From positions 35,975 through 99,974 of IMG/VR virus record IMGVR_UViG_3300037852_000186: DNA of 64,000 nt; one strand, 5' to 3'. The DNA is from a virus. Positions 28,426 to 37,561 of this stretch are shown here, piece by piece. Made by a program: the position numbers and the translations under genes. How positions within the stretch are numbered: the stretch's first letter is position 1; each line of letters opens with the position of its first letter. The notes under the pieces are model-generated. The model saw nothing but the letters and a program-made list of their open reading frames with translations. It had not been told where the DNA came from and ran no database searches.

Positions 28426-29337
28426 TTAGATTTTAGTAATTACCCTCACGCTACTCCGCGCGAGTGTCGCGCCCACCGCGAACGCCGCTTCGGCACCCTC
28501 TCCGCCGCTGTGCCCTACTCCGCTGGCCCCCTTGGACATGATGAGTTGCGCCGCTTTCTTGGGCAGGGTCCACATCGCATAGAAAAAAATAACGGACTCC
28601 ACGAGTTGCATGGCTCCGTATTGAATCTGGTTTTTGTTCATAGTGAGGCCAAGGTGGGCCTCACTCGCAGTCCAAAAATGGGCCAAGGTTGTGCCGATAG
28701 CAATTACCAGCATGGCTGCGAGAAGGCGGATGCTAACTTGAAGCAACGTAATCGCCCAATTTTCAAGAATCGGCCAGGTCCGGTCGAAGGTTGCAAAGCA
28801 GATGGTGATAGGCCCCTTGGCGACATACCATTTAACTTCGATGAGTATCCAGAGATAGATACAGCCAGCCGCGAACCAGCAGATTTGCGTAGCAATGATA
28901 AGTAGGACAAACTGGAGATCTGCAATCAAATCGAACCACGCACCAAGGGATCGGGCGTGTATCATCATACTTACGATTCGCAAGCCCATCTCGTAGAGTC
29001 CGGACGGTGTCGTGGTATAAGGCGATACCCCCGAGACGCTGGTCCCGACTATTGTTCCCCAGAGCGGAAAGGCACCGCCCCAGCTCTCGATATTCTCCAT
29101 AACCGCATAGACGAGAAATATCCGTACAAGTCCCCAGCCGAAGGCCATAAGCGTGCCATACCAATCTTGATTCGATACGGCCTGAATAAGAGCGTAACCG
29201 AAGCCGACGAACGTAATCGACCAAAGCATGCGGAGGCCCCAGACGAGCAAGAGCGGGAAGTACATCTGAATGGCGTTAAGGAAATCATTCAGTGCCCCGT
29301 TGAGGATTCCGTCGGTAAGTAGTCCAGTATCCGGCAT
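28426..29337 (-). CDS. VirB6/TrbL-like polytopic membrane protein
   Basis: DTGLL...F, TPSGLYEMG, multiple TMs, IEVK...GPI...F, LPKKAAQLI, Gly/Ala-rich tail. Confidence 0.82.
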   Translation of the reverse strand: MPDTGLLTDGILNGALNDFLNAIQMYFPLLLVWGLRMLWSITFVGFGYALIQAVSNQDWYGTLMAFGWGLVRIFLVYAVMENIESWGGAFPLWGTIVGTSVSGVSPYTTTPSGLYEMGLRIVSMMIHARSLGAWFDLIADLQFVLLIIATQICWFAAGCIYLWILIEVKWYVAKGPITICFATFDRTWPILENWAITLLQVSIRLLAAMLVIAIGTTLAHFWTASEAHLGLTMNKNQIQYGAMQLVESVIFFYAMWTLPKKAAQLIMSKGASGVGHSGGEGAEAAFAVGATLARSSVRVITKI

Positions 29338-29940
29338 TTAGCAGCCTTGGCGCGGCATTCTCGCCCGCACAATAGAATCAAGTTCGTGCAATCTATCTGT
29401 AGCTAGCACCATCGCTGTTGTGGCTTCCTGTGCGCGCAATAATTGCAGCTCCTTGATGATGGCGAGCCCGACCTGTCCGTTGGCTTGCGTGGCTGCTAGC
29501 TCAGCGGGCGCTTGGACGTTGGCGGCAAGTGTGCTGAAGTCCTCGTTTTGCAATTCGGTGGTTAGCTGTTGGGTCTCGGAAATCGCAGTCTCGTAGGTGT
29601 TCATCAGTGCCGGGGCGATTTGATTCACCATCGGAGTGTAACTGTCGCAGGGTAAGCCTTGCGTAACCGGGAATATTTGAGCCACATTCGACGGATTGAT
29701 GTTATTGAAAAGCGTCGAGAGGTTGCCTAGTAGAGAGGTTTGGGGTTGATACCATGCACCGACGCTGGTAGTCAGCGAGGCTTCAACTGGCGGGTCGGAA
29801 GTTACAGAGCCAGGGACCGTGATGACGGGTATTGGTCCGGTTGGGACTTGCGCTAATAAAGTTGAGGGAATCCACGCTGCCACGGCCCAAACCGTGACAG
29901 CGAAAATTACCTCCCTTTGCCCTTTCGGGAATTGTTTCAT
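29338..29940 (-). CDS. TrbJ/VirB5-like secreted protein
   Basis: signal peptide; ELAATQANGQV...ELQLLRAQ resembles the TrbJ C-terminus; directly upstream of trbL. Confidence 0.6.
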   Translation of the reverse strand: MKQFPKGQREVIFAVTVWAVAAWIPSTLLAQVPTGPIPVITVPGSVTSDPPVEASLTTSVGAWYQPQTSLLGNLSTLFNNINPSNVAQIFPVTQGLPCDSYTPMVNQIAPALMNTYETAISETQQLTTELQNEDFSTLAANVQAPAELAATQANGQVGLAIIKELQLLRAQEATTAMVLATDRLHELDSIVRARMPRQGC

Positions 29941-29949
29941 TAGGCTTGG

Positions 29950-30315
29950 TTAGCCCGCCAACCGAGTAGCTGCGTGGATGGCGAGGTGTGCCATTGGATG
30001 GCTAGCCGCAGAGTGTATGAGGGCCGCTCCAGCGCCCCCGAAACTCGGCGCGATAACGGCGTAGTTACTAACCACAGCACCGCCGAACGCGGCGAGCCCC
30101 AAGTGTTCTGCCGCTCCAAGCCAACTGCCGCTCCGGATATGATGGATGATTCCAACGGTCCCGACTCCGCCAACGATGTATCCGCTGGCGCGCGCTACAG
30201 CACCCAAGGTGTTGAGCGCCCCGTCAACCGAAGCTACACCCGAGGTGGCCGCAGCGGCAGCGCCCGCTACAAGTAACAGCGGGGTTAAGGCAATTAATAC
30301 TTTACCGATCTTCAT
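29950..30315 (-). CDS. VirB2/TrbC-like pilin
   Basis: signal peptide plus two Gly/Ala-rich hydrophobic helices; near the start of the T4SS operon; TraF maturase present. Confidence 0.65.
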   Translation of the reverse strand: MKIGKVLIALTPLLLVAGAAAAATSGVASVDGALNTLGAVARASGYIVGGVGTVGIIHHIRSGSWLGAAEHLGLAAFGGAVVSNYAVIAPSFGGAGAALIHSAASHPMAHLAIHAATRLAG

Positions 30316-30460
30316 AGAAACAGCAGTCTCCTTGTTACGTAATGGCCAGTTGACCCGGCCTAGTAACCATTTTCATCGACACCCCCACCAGTAGCGCCAC
30401 AGCAATGCTCCAAGCCCGACAATAACCAAGGCAATGAGCAGAGCCTTCACGTTGTCGAAG

Positions 30461-30733
30461 TCAATCGGAACGAACGACATTCCCGTTCTGCTTCGCGAGC
30501 GCTTCCTTGACCACCCTCGCGCTTTTTAAAATGGCGAATTCGACCGCTTCACGAACGAAGGTGACTACGTCAATGTCCGTCCGCTCAGCGTCAGTCACCG
30601 CCGTGGTGTACTGCTCCACATAGCTTTTGCCGACTTCGATTTTCAGCCAGCCAAACCGTTCCCGTTTCTTGGGTAATTCACGGGGTATTGATTTGCGTTC
30701 TGTGTTCATAGATCGCCTCTCGCATATCCTCAA
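30461..30733 (-). CDS. small putative DNA-binding protein (possible relaxosome accessory/regulator)
   Basis: beta-helix-helix-like pattern; upstream of the tra operon. Confidence 0.35.
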   Translation of the reverse strand: MRICERRSMNTERKSIPRELPKKRERFGWLKIEVGKSYVEQYTTAVTDAERTDIDVVTFVREAVEFAILKSARVVKEALAKQNGNVVRSD

Positions 30734-31405
30734 GCTTGCGATACCCTTCCGCGATGCTCTTATTCAGCTCGTCACGGATAGATATTTGTATTTTGATGTA
30801 TTCGACTTGAGCCTTGATTTTGTCGGTGTCGTTCACGGCTTTCTCCCTCTTGCTCGCCTTCGGCTTGATGTTCGCCCCTTTATGAAAATCTACGCTCGCA
30901 TGTTTGCTCTGTTGTATGTGTCGATGTGTCGCGTCTCCATAGGTTCGGTCGATTCAAAAGACCACGAACACTTGGGTTCAAGGCAGGCCGCGCGCCAGAT
31001 GAATGGAGACTTCAAGCACCCCTCCTTATCTTCTTGCCCTCTGCCGCTTTCTCTTCTATGAGTCGCGCCATGCGAATAGCGTCGTCGGGCGGAAACGTGA
31101 GATAACCGACTTGACCGTGATCGTCCGTGAGTTGGAAGACCACTTCTCCTGCTTCGTTTAGGCCGATTTCGATAAGCATAAAGTTGGTGGCACCGGCGTG
31201 AATCGAACACGCAAATCACCAGCATGTTGTTGTGTGGGCTGGCGGCTATTTCCATTTCGCCTACGGCGCCACGAATATGTCAGCTATTGAATTGCAGCGC
31301 GCGGAGGGTATTATGAAGACGCGCGCAATTCGATGGTGTACCCCACTTTTCGGTTGCGTGAGGGCGCTCGGGCAAGTCACGCTGCCTCAGGGCGCCCCTT
31401 TATTC

Positions 31406-31606
31406 CTATTCTTCTTCTGTCATCAACCAAATAAAGATACGCGCCACGGCGCTCCCGTTTGGCATCCCTTCGCCTTTCTCGAATCGGCACAGTACGGGCG
31501 GCGCAACTCCAAGTTGCTTAGCCAGCGCCCGCTGTTCGACTTCATGAAGCACGCGAAAGCAGCGCAGAACTTCGGCTAGATGTGTAACTGCCATCGCCCT
31601 CCCCAA
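31406..31606 (-). CDS. XRE-family HTH protein
   Basis: QRALAKQLGVAPPVLCRFEKG. Confidence 0.75.
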   Translation of the reverse strand: MGRAMAVTHLAEVLRCFRVLHEVEQRALAKQLGVAPPVLCRFEKGEGMPNGSAVARIFIWLMTEEE

Positions 31607-31704
31607 ACTTTAAATCAAATTCCGCGATACGAATCGTGCTAACAATATGTTTAACGAATAGACGCGCGCTTGTCAACCCCTCAAGCGTTTATTCTGTTGA
31701 CGGC

Positions 31705-32574
31705 TTAAAGTGCGGTTCTCCCGCTCGGTCTCAGCTTGCCGTGTTCGATCCCCCGAATCAAAGTGTTCCTCGACTTAGCGATGGGCTCATCTTTCTCCCA
31801 CCCCCGAACCACGCACATCACGGACTTGAGCACGTCAGCTTCGTCGAGTTGTCCGCCCGCGATTAGGCTGCCAAAGCGATTGGCGGTTTCGAGAAGCGTC
31901 TGATTGCGGCAGCCGTTTTTTGCATCGATCAAATCGTTGATTAGGCCGTCGAAAGCTTTGCGGGCATAGTTGCTCACGACGCCTGAGTAGGGCTGCGCTT
32001 CGCAGATTGGAGTCGCCGCTTGTCGTTGAGCCTTCTCGCGTAGATGGTCCAGCAACCACGTCGGCGGGTTAGCGCGCGGCAGGTCGCTCGGCGAGCAGCG
32101 GCCGATGGCCCAAATGTAAGTGAACGGAATCCACGTGCGGTCGCTGAGTTTCCAGCACGTTGAACCGGGCGAGACTGCATAGCCTCCGCATCCACGTAGA
32201 TCAACATTCTCCGCTAATTTCCCTGCTTCGTTGTGCGCTTCGATTCCAGCAGGGTAGTTATACCAATACTGCCTGCCTCTCCAAGTCTGCACTTGCCACG
32301 TTGCTGGCATCCCTTTGTGCTCAAGCCAGACAATCGCCTCAGCGCTATCCGCATCCACGACCAGCAGATTGGTAGCGGCCCCGGTCGGTACACCCCCACC
32401 CGCCCAGGGCCAACGATTAGCCCAGTACTCGCTCTGCGCCTCGTCGGGTGGAGCTTCTTGGAGGGATTTCCACAGCACCAGCGGTCGCTTGCCAGCGACG
32501 GGAAAGCACCAGAGTCCCAGCTCACGTAACGTCTGAGCGATAGATCTAAAGCGCATTCCTAAAATCAACTCCAA
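31705..32574 (-). CDS. bifunctional DNA primase/polymerase (Prim-Pol, AEP)
   Basis: CFPVAGKRPLVLWK, GVPTG, LLVVDAD, TWRG, DLRGCGGYAVSPGS; C-terminal G-x-RN-x-x-L helical domain. Confidence 0.9.
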   Translation of the reverse strand: MELILGMRFRSIAQTLRELGLWCFPVAGKRPLVLWKSLQEAPPDEAQSEYWANRWPWAGGGVPTGAATNLLVVDADSAEAIVWLEHKGMPATWQVQTWRGRQYWYNYPAGIEAHNEAGKLAENVDLRGCGGYAVSPGSTCWKLSDRTWIPFTYIWAIGRCSPSDLPRANPPTWLLDHLREKAQRQAATPICEAQPYSGVVSNYARKAFDGLINDLIDAKNGCRNQTLLETANRFGSLIAGGQLDEADVLKSVMCVVRGWEKDEPIAKSRNTLIRGIEHGKLRPSGRTAL

Positions 32575-32680
32575 ATGATAAAGCTAATTATTCGTCGTGG
32601 GATGCTGGAATAAAGGGTAGTGTCTCAGTTTGAATTCCCCCGCGCTTGGAAGCGATTTGTGAGCGTGCCATCCTGTCAGT

Positions 32681-32939
32681 ATGCCCAAGGGACCACGTGG
32701 CGAGAAACGCCCAGACTGACGTGATTGGCAATGCCGTCCGTGTGATGCGGATCGCCACGGGAGAGGTTGAGGATACACTGCGCGATCCGGCGAAGGAATA
32801 TGCCCGCAAGGGTGGCTTAAAGGGGGGTCGAATACGAGCCGAGACGCTCTCCGCGCGCAAGCGTAAGGAAATCGCCCAAAACGCCGCAAAAGCGAGATGG
32901 TCAAAGCATCGCGGTCCTAAGGCCAAGTCGATGGAATAA
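32681..32939 (+). pseudogene. small basic KGG-motif protein typical of this IS group, frameshifted near 32715
   Basis: MPKGPRGEKRP then frame change to DVIGNAVRVMRIATGE...RKGGLKGG...RKEIAQNAAKARW; removing one A restores ...KRPADVIG... Confidence 0.7.
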
Positions 32940-32998
32940 ATTTAGACATATTTGCCACTCGAATTGACAGCAAAGGCGCGCACGTCTAAACTCGCGCC

Positions 32999-33604
32999 AT
33001 GTTGTCAAAAACGCAGGCTGAGCTTGTCCTTGGCTCGAACCTAAAACAGATTCGCGACTGTGTTGTTGGGGCCTTCCAAAAATACAGGTCCGACTACAGT
33101 GCCAATGCCCTTGTCCATACCGCTCGAAGTCGGGCGAGCATCATTCACGATCATATGATTGCTTCTGCTCGCGCGACTTTCGCTAACGATAAGGGCGTAA
33201 GGATTTTCAGTAAGCGCGGCCTTTCATTGATCAACGTTAAGGACAGTCTGCTGTTGCGCTTTAAGAAAATGGATAAGGAAAAACGCACCCGTAATATCCT
33301 TACGCAGCAGAGTTTCCTTTTCAGAGCACAGCTAGAATTGCCGGGCATCCCAGCAGAATTGACGCACCTCGAAGCCGGATATGTTCTGAACGATTTGCAA
33401 ACCGCGCTCGATGGCGTGTACATAACCTGTCCTAACGGAAAAGCGCTCGAATGGTTTATTGACCTAAGCTCGCTCGCGGGAACGAACGTCGCGCACCTTC
33501 CCCAGAGCGGTGCACCACAAAACACATCGCAAGCTCCTCGAAGAAAACGGATCGGACCGAAGATCGACCGCAAGGACAAAAAGGATGAGGGCGATAAATC
33601 CTAA
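32999..33604 (+). CDS. hypothetical protein, putative toxin partner of the XRE/Zn-peptidase
   Basis: own sigma70 promoter (TTGACA 32964, TAAACT 32987); overlaps the XRE-peptidase start; LLRFKK...QLELPG...GY pattern. Confidence 0.6.
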   Translation: MLSKTQAELVLGSNLKQIRDCVVGAFQKYRSDYSANALVHTARSRASIIHDHMIASARATFANDKGVRIFSKRGLSLINVKDSLLLRFKKMDKEKRTRNILTQQSFLFRAQLELPGIPAELTHLEAGYVLNDLQTALDGVYITCPNGKALEWFIDLSSLAGTNVAHLPQSGAPQNTSQAPRRKRIGPKIDRKDKKDEGDKS

Positions 33605-34679
33605 CATGGTTACTATTGCGCGGGAATCGCGAGGATTGAGCCAAAGCGAACTCGCTACGCGATTATCGATAGCTCAAGGAGCATTGTCTAAAATTGAGGG
33701 AGGAATAAGGAACGCGTCTGATGAGCTTGGAGCACAGATGGCTTCTGCGCTCGACTATCCTGTCGATTTCTTTTACTCGCCCGAACCTGTTTACGGGTTA
33801 GGTGTCGGGACGCTGTACCATCGTAAGCGACAAGCGTTATCTAGCTCGGTTCTCGCAAAAATACATGCACAAGTTAACATCCGCCGAATTCATATTTCGC
33901 GGTTATTGAAGTCCGTCGAATTCCCACAAGGAAAGATCAGACGTCTGGACCTTGATGATTATGGTGGAAGTCCCGAACGTATCGCACAGGCTGTTCGATC
34001 TAATTGGCTATTGCCGAATGGCCCAGTGCAAAACGTCACAGAGGCTATTGAAGACAGTGGCGGCATCGTAATGAGTTTCGATTTCGAAACGTCGTTAATA
34101 GATGCGGTTAGCCAATGGCCACCGGACATGCCGCCAATCTTCTTGGCGAACGATACTATTCCTGGTGATCGCTTCCGCTACAGCTTGGCGCATGAGCTGG
34201 CCCACGTGATCATGCATGAGATTCAGACGGAGAACATGGAAGACGAAGCTAACCGTTTCGCCGCAGAATTTTTGATGCCCGCTCAAGACATACGGGCATC
34301 GCTAGAGCCGGTTACGCTGCCAAGGCTGGCCGCACTTAAGTCTTACTGGAAGGTGTCGATGGCTGCGTTGCTAAAACGCGCGACCGATCTCGCTGTAATC
34401 TCGGAAAGACACGCACGAAGTCTTTGGATGAAGATGGGTCAGACAGGACTACGCCGCCGCGAACCGCCGGAATTGGACATCCCCATTGAAACAGCGACGA
34501 TATTTGCTGAGTTGATAGACACCCATAGGGAGGACCTTGGTTACTCGCTTTCGGACATTAGCGCATTACTCACGATCCATGGACGCGAGTTACGAAAACC
34601 AAGGCAGCAGAAAAATCCAAGCGCACCATTGCGTTTGGTAAGGTCCAAAACACGCTCGATTAGTCGTATCTCTACCTGA
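33585..34679 (+). CDS. XRE HTH + ImmA/IrrE (DUF955) Zn-metallopeptidase
   Basis: ARESRGLSQSELA...LSKIEGG; RFRYSLAHELAH (HExxH); EDEANRFAAEFLMP. Confidence 0.93.
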   Translation: MRAINPNMVTIARESRGLSQSELATRLSIAQGALSKIEGGIRNASDELGAQMASALDYPVDFFYSPEPVYGLGVGTLYHRKRQALSSSVLAKIHAQVNIRRIHISRLLKSVEFPQGKIRRLDLDDYGGSPERIAQAVRSNWLLPNGPVQNVTEAIEDSGGIVMSFDFETSLIDAVSQWPPDMPPIFLANDTIPGDRFRYSLAHELAHVIMHEIQTENMEDEANRFAAEFLMPAQDIRASLEPVTLPRLAALKSYWKVSMAALLKRATDLAVISERHARSLWMKMGQTGLRRREPPELDIPIETATIFAELIDTHREDLGYSLSDISALLTIHGRELRKPRQQKNPSAPLRLVRSKTRSISRIST

Positions 34680-34685
34680 CCATAA

Positions 34686-34717
34686 TGCTTGACACTCAAG
34701 CAAAAAGTTCATATCAT
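34686..34717 (+). promoter_or_regulatory. transposase promoter with overlapping palindromic operator
   Basis: TTGACA(34689)-17 bp-TATCAT(34712); TGCTTGA-CAC-TCAAGCA inverted repeat over the -35. Confidence 0.7.
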
Positions 34718-34723
34718 ACCGAT

Positions 34724-35576
34724 ATGAACAGATTGCCCGTGGCCAAGCGCGTTCAGATTCTCTCTCTGCTCTGCGAGGGGGCTTCCATGCGCTCGGTATC
34801 GCGACTGGTCGATATCTCGATCAACACCGTGACACGCGAGCTAATCCTTGCCGGTCAAGCGTGGCGCCGACTTCCATGATCGAACCGTGCGCAATGTGCA
34901 GTCCGGACGCGTGCAGGCCGACGAAATTTGGTCGTTTGTGGAGATGAAAGAAAAGCAGGCGAAGCAGAAAGCGTTACGCCCGCTGAACGTTGGCGACATT
35001 TGGACGTGGACTGGAATCGACGCCGACAGCAAATTGATCATTTCATGGTTCATCGGTTCGCGTGATGCTGATGCGGCTTACACGTTCATGACCGACCTAG
35101 CGAGTAGGCTTGCGAATCGTGTCCAGCTAACCACAGATGGCCATCACGCCTACTTGAGTGCGGTTGATGCGGCCTTTCATCGGGATATCGATTACGCGCA
35201 GTTAGTTAAAGTCTACGGGACCGCGCCCGAAGCCGAGAAGCGCTATAGCCCACCAGTTTGTTTGGGCGCTGAGCCAACAGAGATTCGCGGGCGTCCTGAC
35301 CCGAAGCATATTTCCACGTCTTATGTCGAGCGACAAAATCTCACCATGCGCATGAGCATGAGGCGGTTCACTCGGCTGACCAACGCATTTTCCAAGAAGT
35401 TCGAGAATCACTGTCACATGGTTGCGCTCTATGCCGTCTGGTACAACTTTGTGAGGATTCATAAGACGCTGCGATGCACGCCCGCAATGGAAGCTGGCGT
35501 CACGGAAAAGCTCTGGTCGCTTGAGGATATCGTTCGAGTCGTGGATGAATGGGAAGCCGTTCAAGCCAAAAATTAG
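34724..35576 (+). pseudogene. IS1-family DDE transposase with +1 frameshift near 34863
   Basis: MNRLPVAKRVQILSLLCEGASMRS (HTH) then frame change to ADFHDRTVRN...QADEIWSF...QLTTDG...STSYVERQNLTMRMSMRRFTRLTNAFSKK. Confidence 0.85.
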
Positions 35577-35748
35577 GGCCGTTCGTGCGCGTCGATAATT
35601 GCCAAAGCATTGCTCAAAATAAAACCTGAAGGGACAAAGAAAAGAAAAAAGCCCCGGAAATGAATCCAATTAGCACGAAGCAAACGCCCCTGACTAATCT
35701 CTTACGTGCATCGCTAACCGACCACGGCTTTTCCGGGGGATACTCTAC

Positions 35749-36372
35749 ATGCCAGAGACCAATAACGGCTACAATGCAGCTAACCAAACAAACAGGAAGT
35801 GGGTACCATTTGGCAATTTCGTCGTAAATGCTGGAACCTTGGTCGTATTGATAGGGACCTTGGGAACAATCATCTGGTATACGCCCGTCACCAGCCGGAT
35901 TCTTGATGCTGATACGCGACCCTATGTTGCCGTAACTGGCTCTGATTATATTACCTTCAAAGCCGGGGACCGTTTGGTCGAGCCCGTTAATCTCGCCAAT
36001 TCCGGTAAATTGCCCGCCGATGCCCTCATTCAGGGCGTTGTTACTTTTCAACCAAGTAAGCAGGCTGAGGCTGGTTCTTTTCCAGATGAAATGACGCATC
36101 TGTTCATTTGGCCCAGCCCTATTGAGAATCCATATATTACTGTCAAGAGTGTGAATGCGCTCAGCAATGAGAATTTTGAATTGCTGAAAAGCAGTGCGTT
36201 CTATGTATATATAGCGGTGCGTGTTCGATATGGCGGACATACTACGCGAATCTGTAAAGAGTACACTTTTGACATCAAATCGCGGACACCTGCCTGTTCG
36301 AGCGATAGTTGCAGCAGTCAGATGCCCGAACCAACATTGTGCAAGGATCCACATTCCAACTATGCCGATTAA
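35749..36372 (+). CDS. membrane-anchored hypothetical cargo protein
   Basis: N-terminal TM, RPYVAV...LANSGKLPA. Confidence 0.6.
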   Translation: MPETNNGYNAANQTNRKWVPFGNFVVNAGTLVVLIGTLGTIIWYTPVTSRILDADTRPYVAVTGSDYITFKAGDRLVEPVNLANSGKLPADALIQGVVTFQPSKQAEAGSFPDEMTHLFIWPSPIENPYITVKSVNALSNENFELLKSSAFYVYIAVRVRYGGHTTRICKEYTFDIKSRTPACSSDSCSSQMPEPTLCKDPHSNYAD

Positions 36373-36646
36373 CGCAGGTAAGATATCTTTAAGAGCTACT
36401 GCAAATAAATGACATGGTCCACTGCCCCCTTCATGTCTCCACATAACTCCATAGTGGCCTATTGGATGCCACACACTAGGGGTGACAGTGTCATCCGTAC
36501 ACAATACTGGCGGATCGTCGTCATCCGACGACGAATCCGGCCTGTCACGTCGCCCGTCATCTTGGCGAACATCGGGTGTACTGTTGACAGGTGAATAATT
36601 CTCCTTGAGAGGGGGTGCCAAGCAGGGGGAATTCCAAACTGAGACA

Positions 36647-36835
36647 CTACCGAATAAAGGTATCAGCTTGACAGCAACTGCTAACATGAACTAACTCGTT
36701 ATTTCGCGAGGGTGGGAATAATCCGAAACCAGCCGCCCCAAGTCGTTTAAGTGTAACTGCGCAGGGTTCCCAACACTCGGAACAAAAGGCACCTTCGCTG
36801 CGCAATGATTCGATGGTAGTTTTGAATAGCATCAC
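36647..36835 (-). CDS. Cys-rich hypothetical protein whose 3' end was cut by the transposon
   Basis: reads ...CCQADTFI into the TSD; the left flank supplies the original end PASHDE-stop at 32588. Confidence 0.65.
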   Translation of the reverse strand: MMLFKTTIESLRSEGAFCSECWEPCAVTLKRLGAAGFGLFPPSRNNELVHVSSCCQADTFIR

Positions 36836-37118
36836 ACTTCCCTCGTATCTGCATCTGTGTGTTTCAGGCGCGGCACTCGCTGGTAAGGGAGGAATATTGG
36901 CGCTTCCGTGAACTCCGCTAGCAATTCGACTTGACTAGCCAGCACAGTCACGCCTCTCTCGCCGTGCCGAGGAGTAACCGCAACGTCATATCGAGGTTTC
37001 GCGGCTAATAACGCATCAGTCCAGATGCTTCGGGCTGGTTTGACAATGGGAGGTTGAGCTTTTACCCAAAGCAATAGAAAGGTTCCATCCCGTCTCCCCC
37101 ATCGTGCCCGCTGCCACA

Positions 37119-37364
37119 TCATGGGTTATACCTTTGCCGCTCCGCGTTCATTAAGTCGATCTGTTGTTGCATTTCCTGGCGCTGCATTTGCGCAGCGTTC
37201 TCCTGCGACCAGATGCTCTCTGCCATCGAGATCCCCGACATGGCCATGCCCTGCATCGGCGCCACAGTCTGCATGCTCTGCGGGGTGCAGCCGGCCAGCA
37301 GCGCGGTCAGGCCAACAATAGTCGCACCAAAAGATAATCGCTTCGTCGCGAAGTGTTTCATCAT
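37119..37364 (-). CDS. small lipoprotein
   Basis: lipobox LLAGC. Confidence 0.6.
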   Translation of the reverse strand: MMKHFATKRLSFGATIVGLTALLAGCTPQSMQTVAPMQGMAMSGISMAESIWSQENAAQMQRQEMQQQIDLMNAERQRYNP

Positions 37365-37561
37365 CTATCCTTTCAATCATCTGCGGGTTCCACGATAACG
37401 TCATCAATTTCGGCATTCTCGCATTCATCGGCGCAGTGATAACACAAGCTGACATGACCGTTCTCTTTCAACGCCATCTTCTCAGCTCGTTGCGGATTCT
37501 CAGCCTCGAACGTACCAAGAAACTTACTTCCTACGACCCGACCATAAACGTTGTACTTCAT

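Larger units (their letters stand above)
32616..36651 (+). mobile_element. IS1-family cargo transposon, 4036 bp
   Basis: terminal IRs GGTAGTGTCTCAGTTTG (32616) and CAAACTGAGACACTACC (ends 36651); 8-bp TSD GAATAAAG at 32608-32615 and 36652-36659; IS1-like DDE transposase inside. Confidence 0.92.

Noticed and set aside
34848-34880. Programmed IS1-type -1 frameshift
   Set aside because: No A6C-like slippery sequence at the junction; deleting one G restores a continuous frame, so mutation or sequencing error is more likely.
35614-36687. 357-aa minus-strand ORF
   Set aside because: It crosses the transposon end and overlaps the more plausible plus-strand cargo gene; a shorter membrane-protein part of it cannot be excluded.
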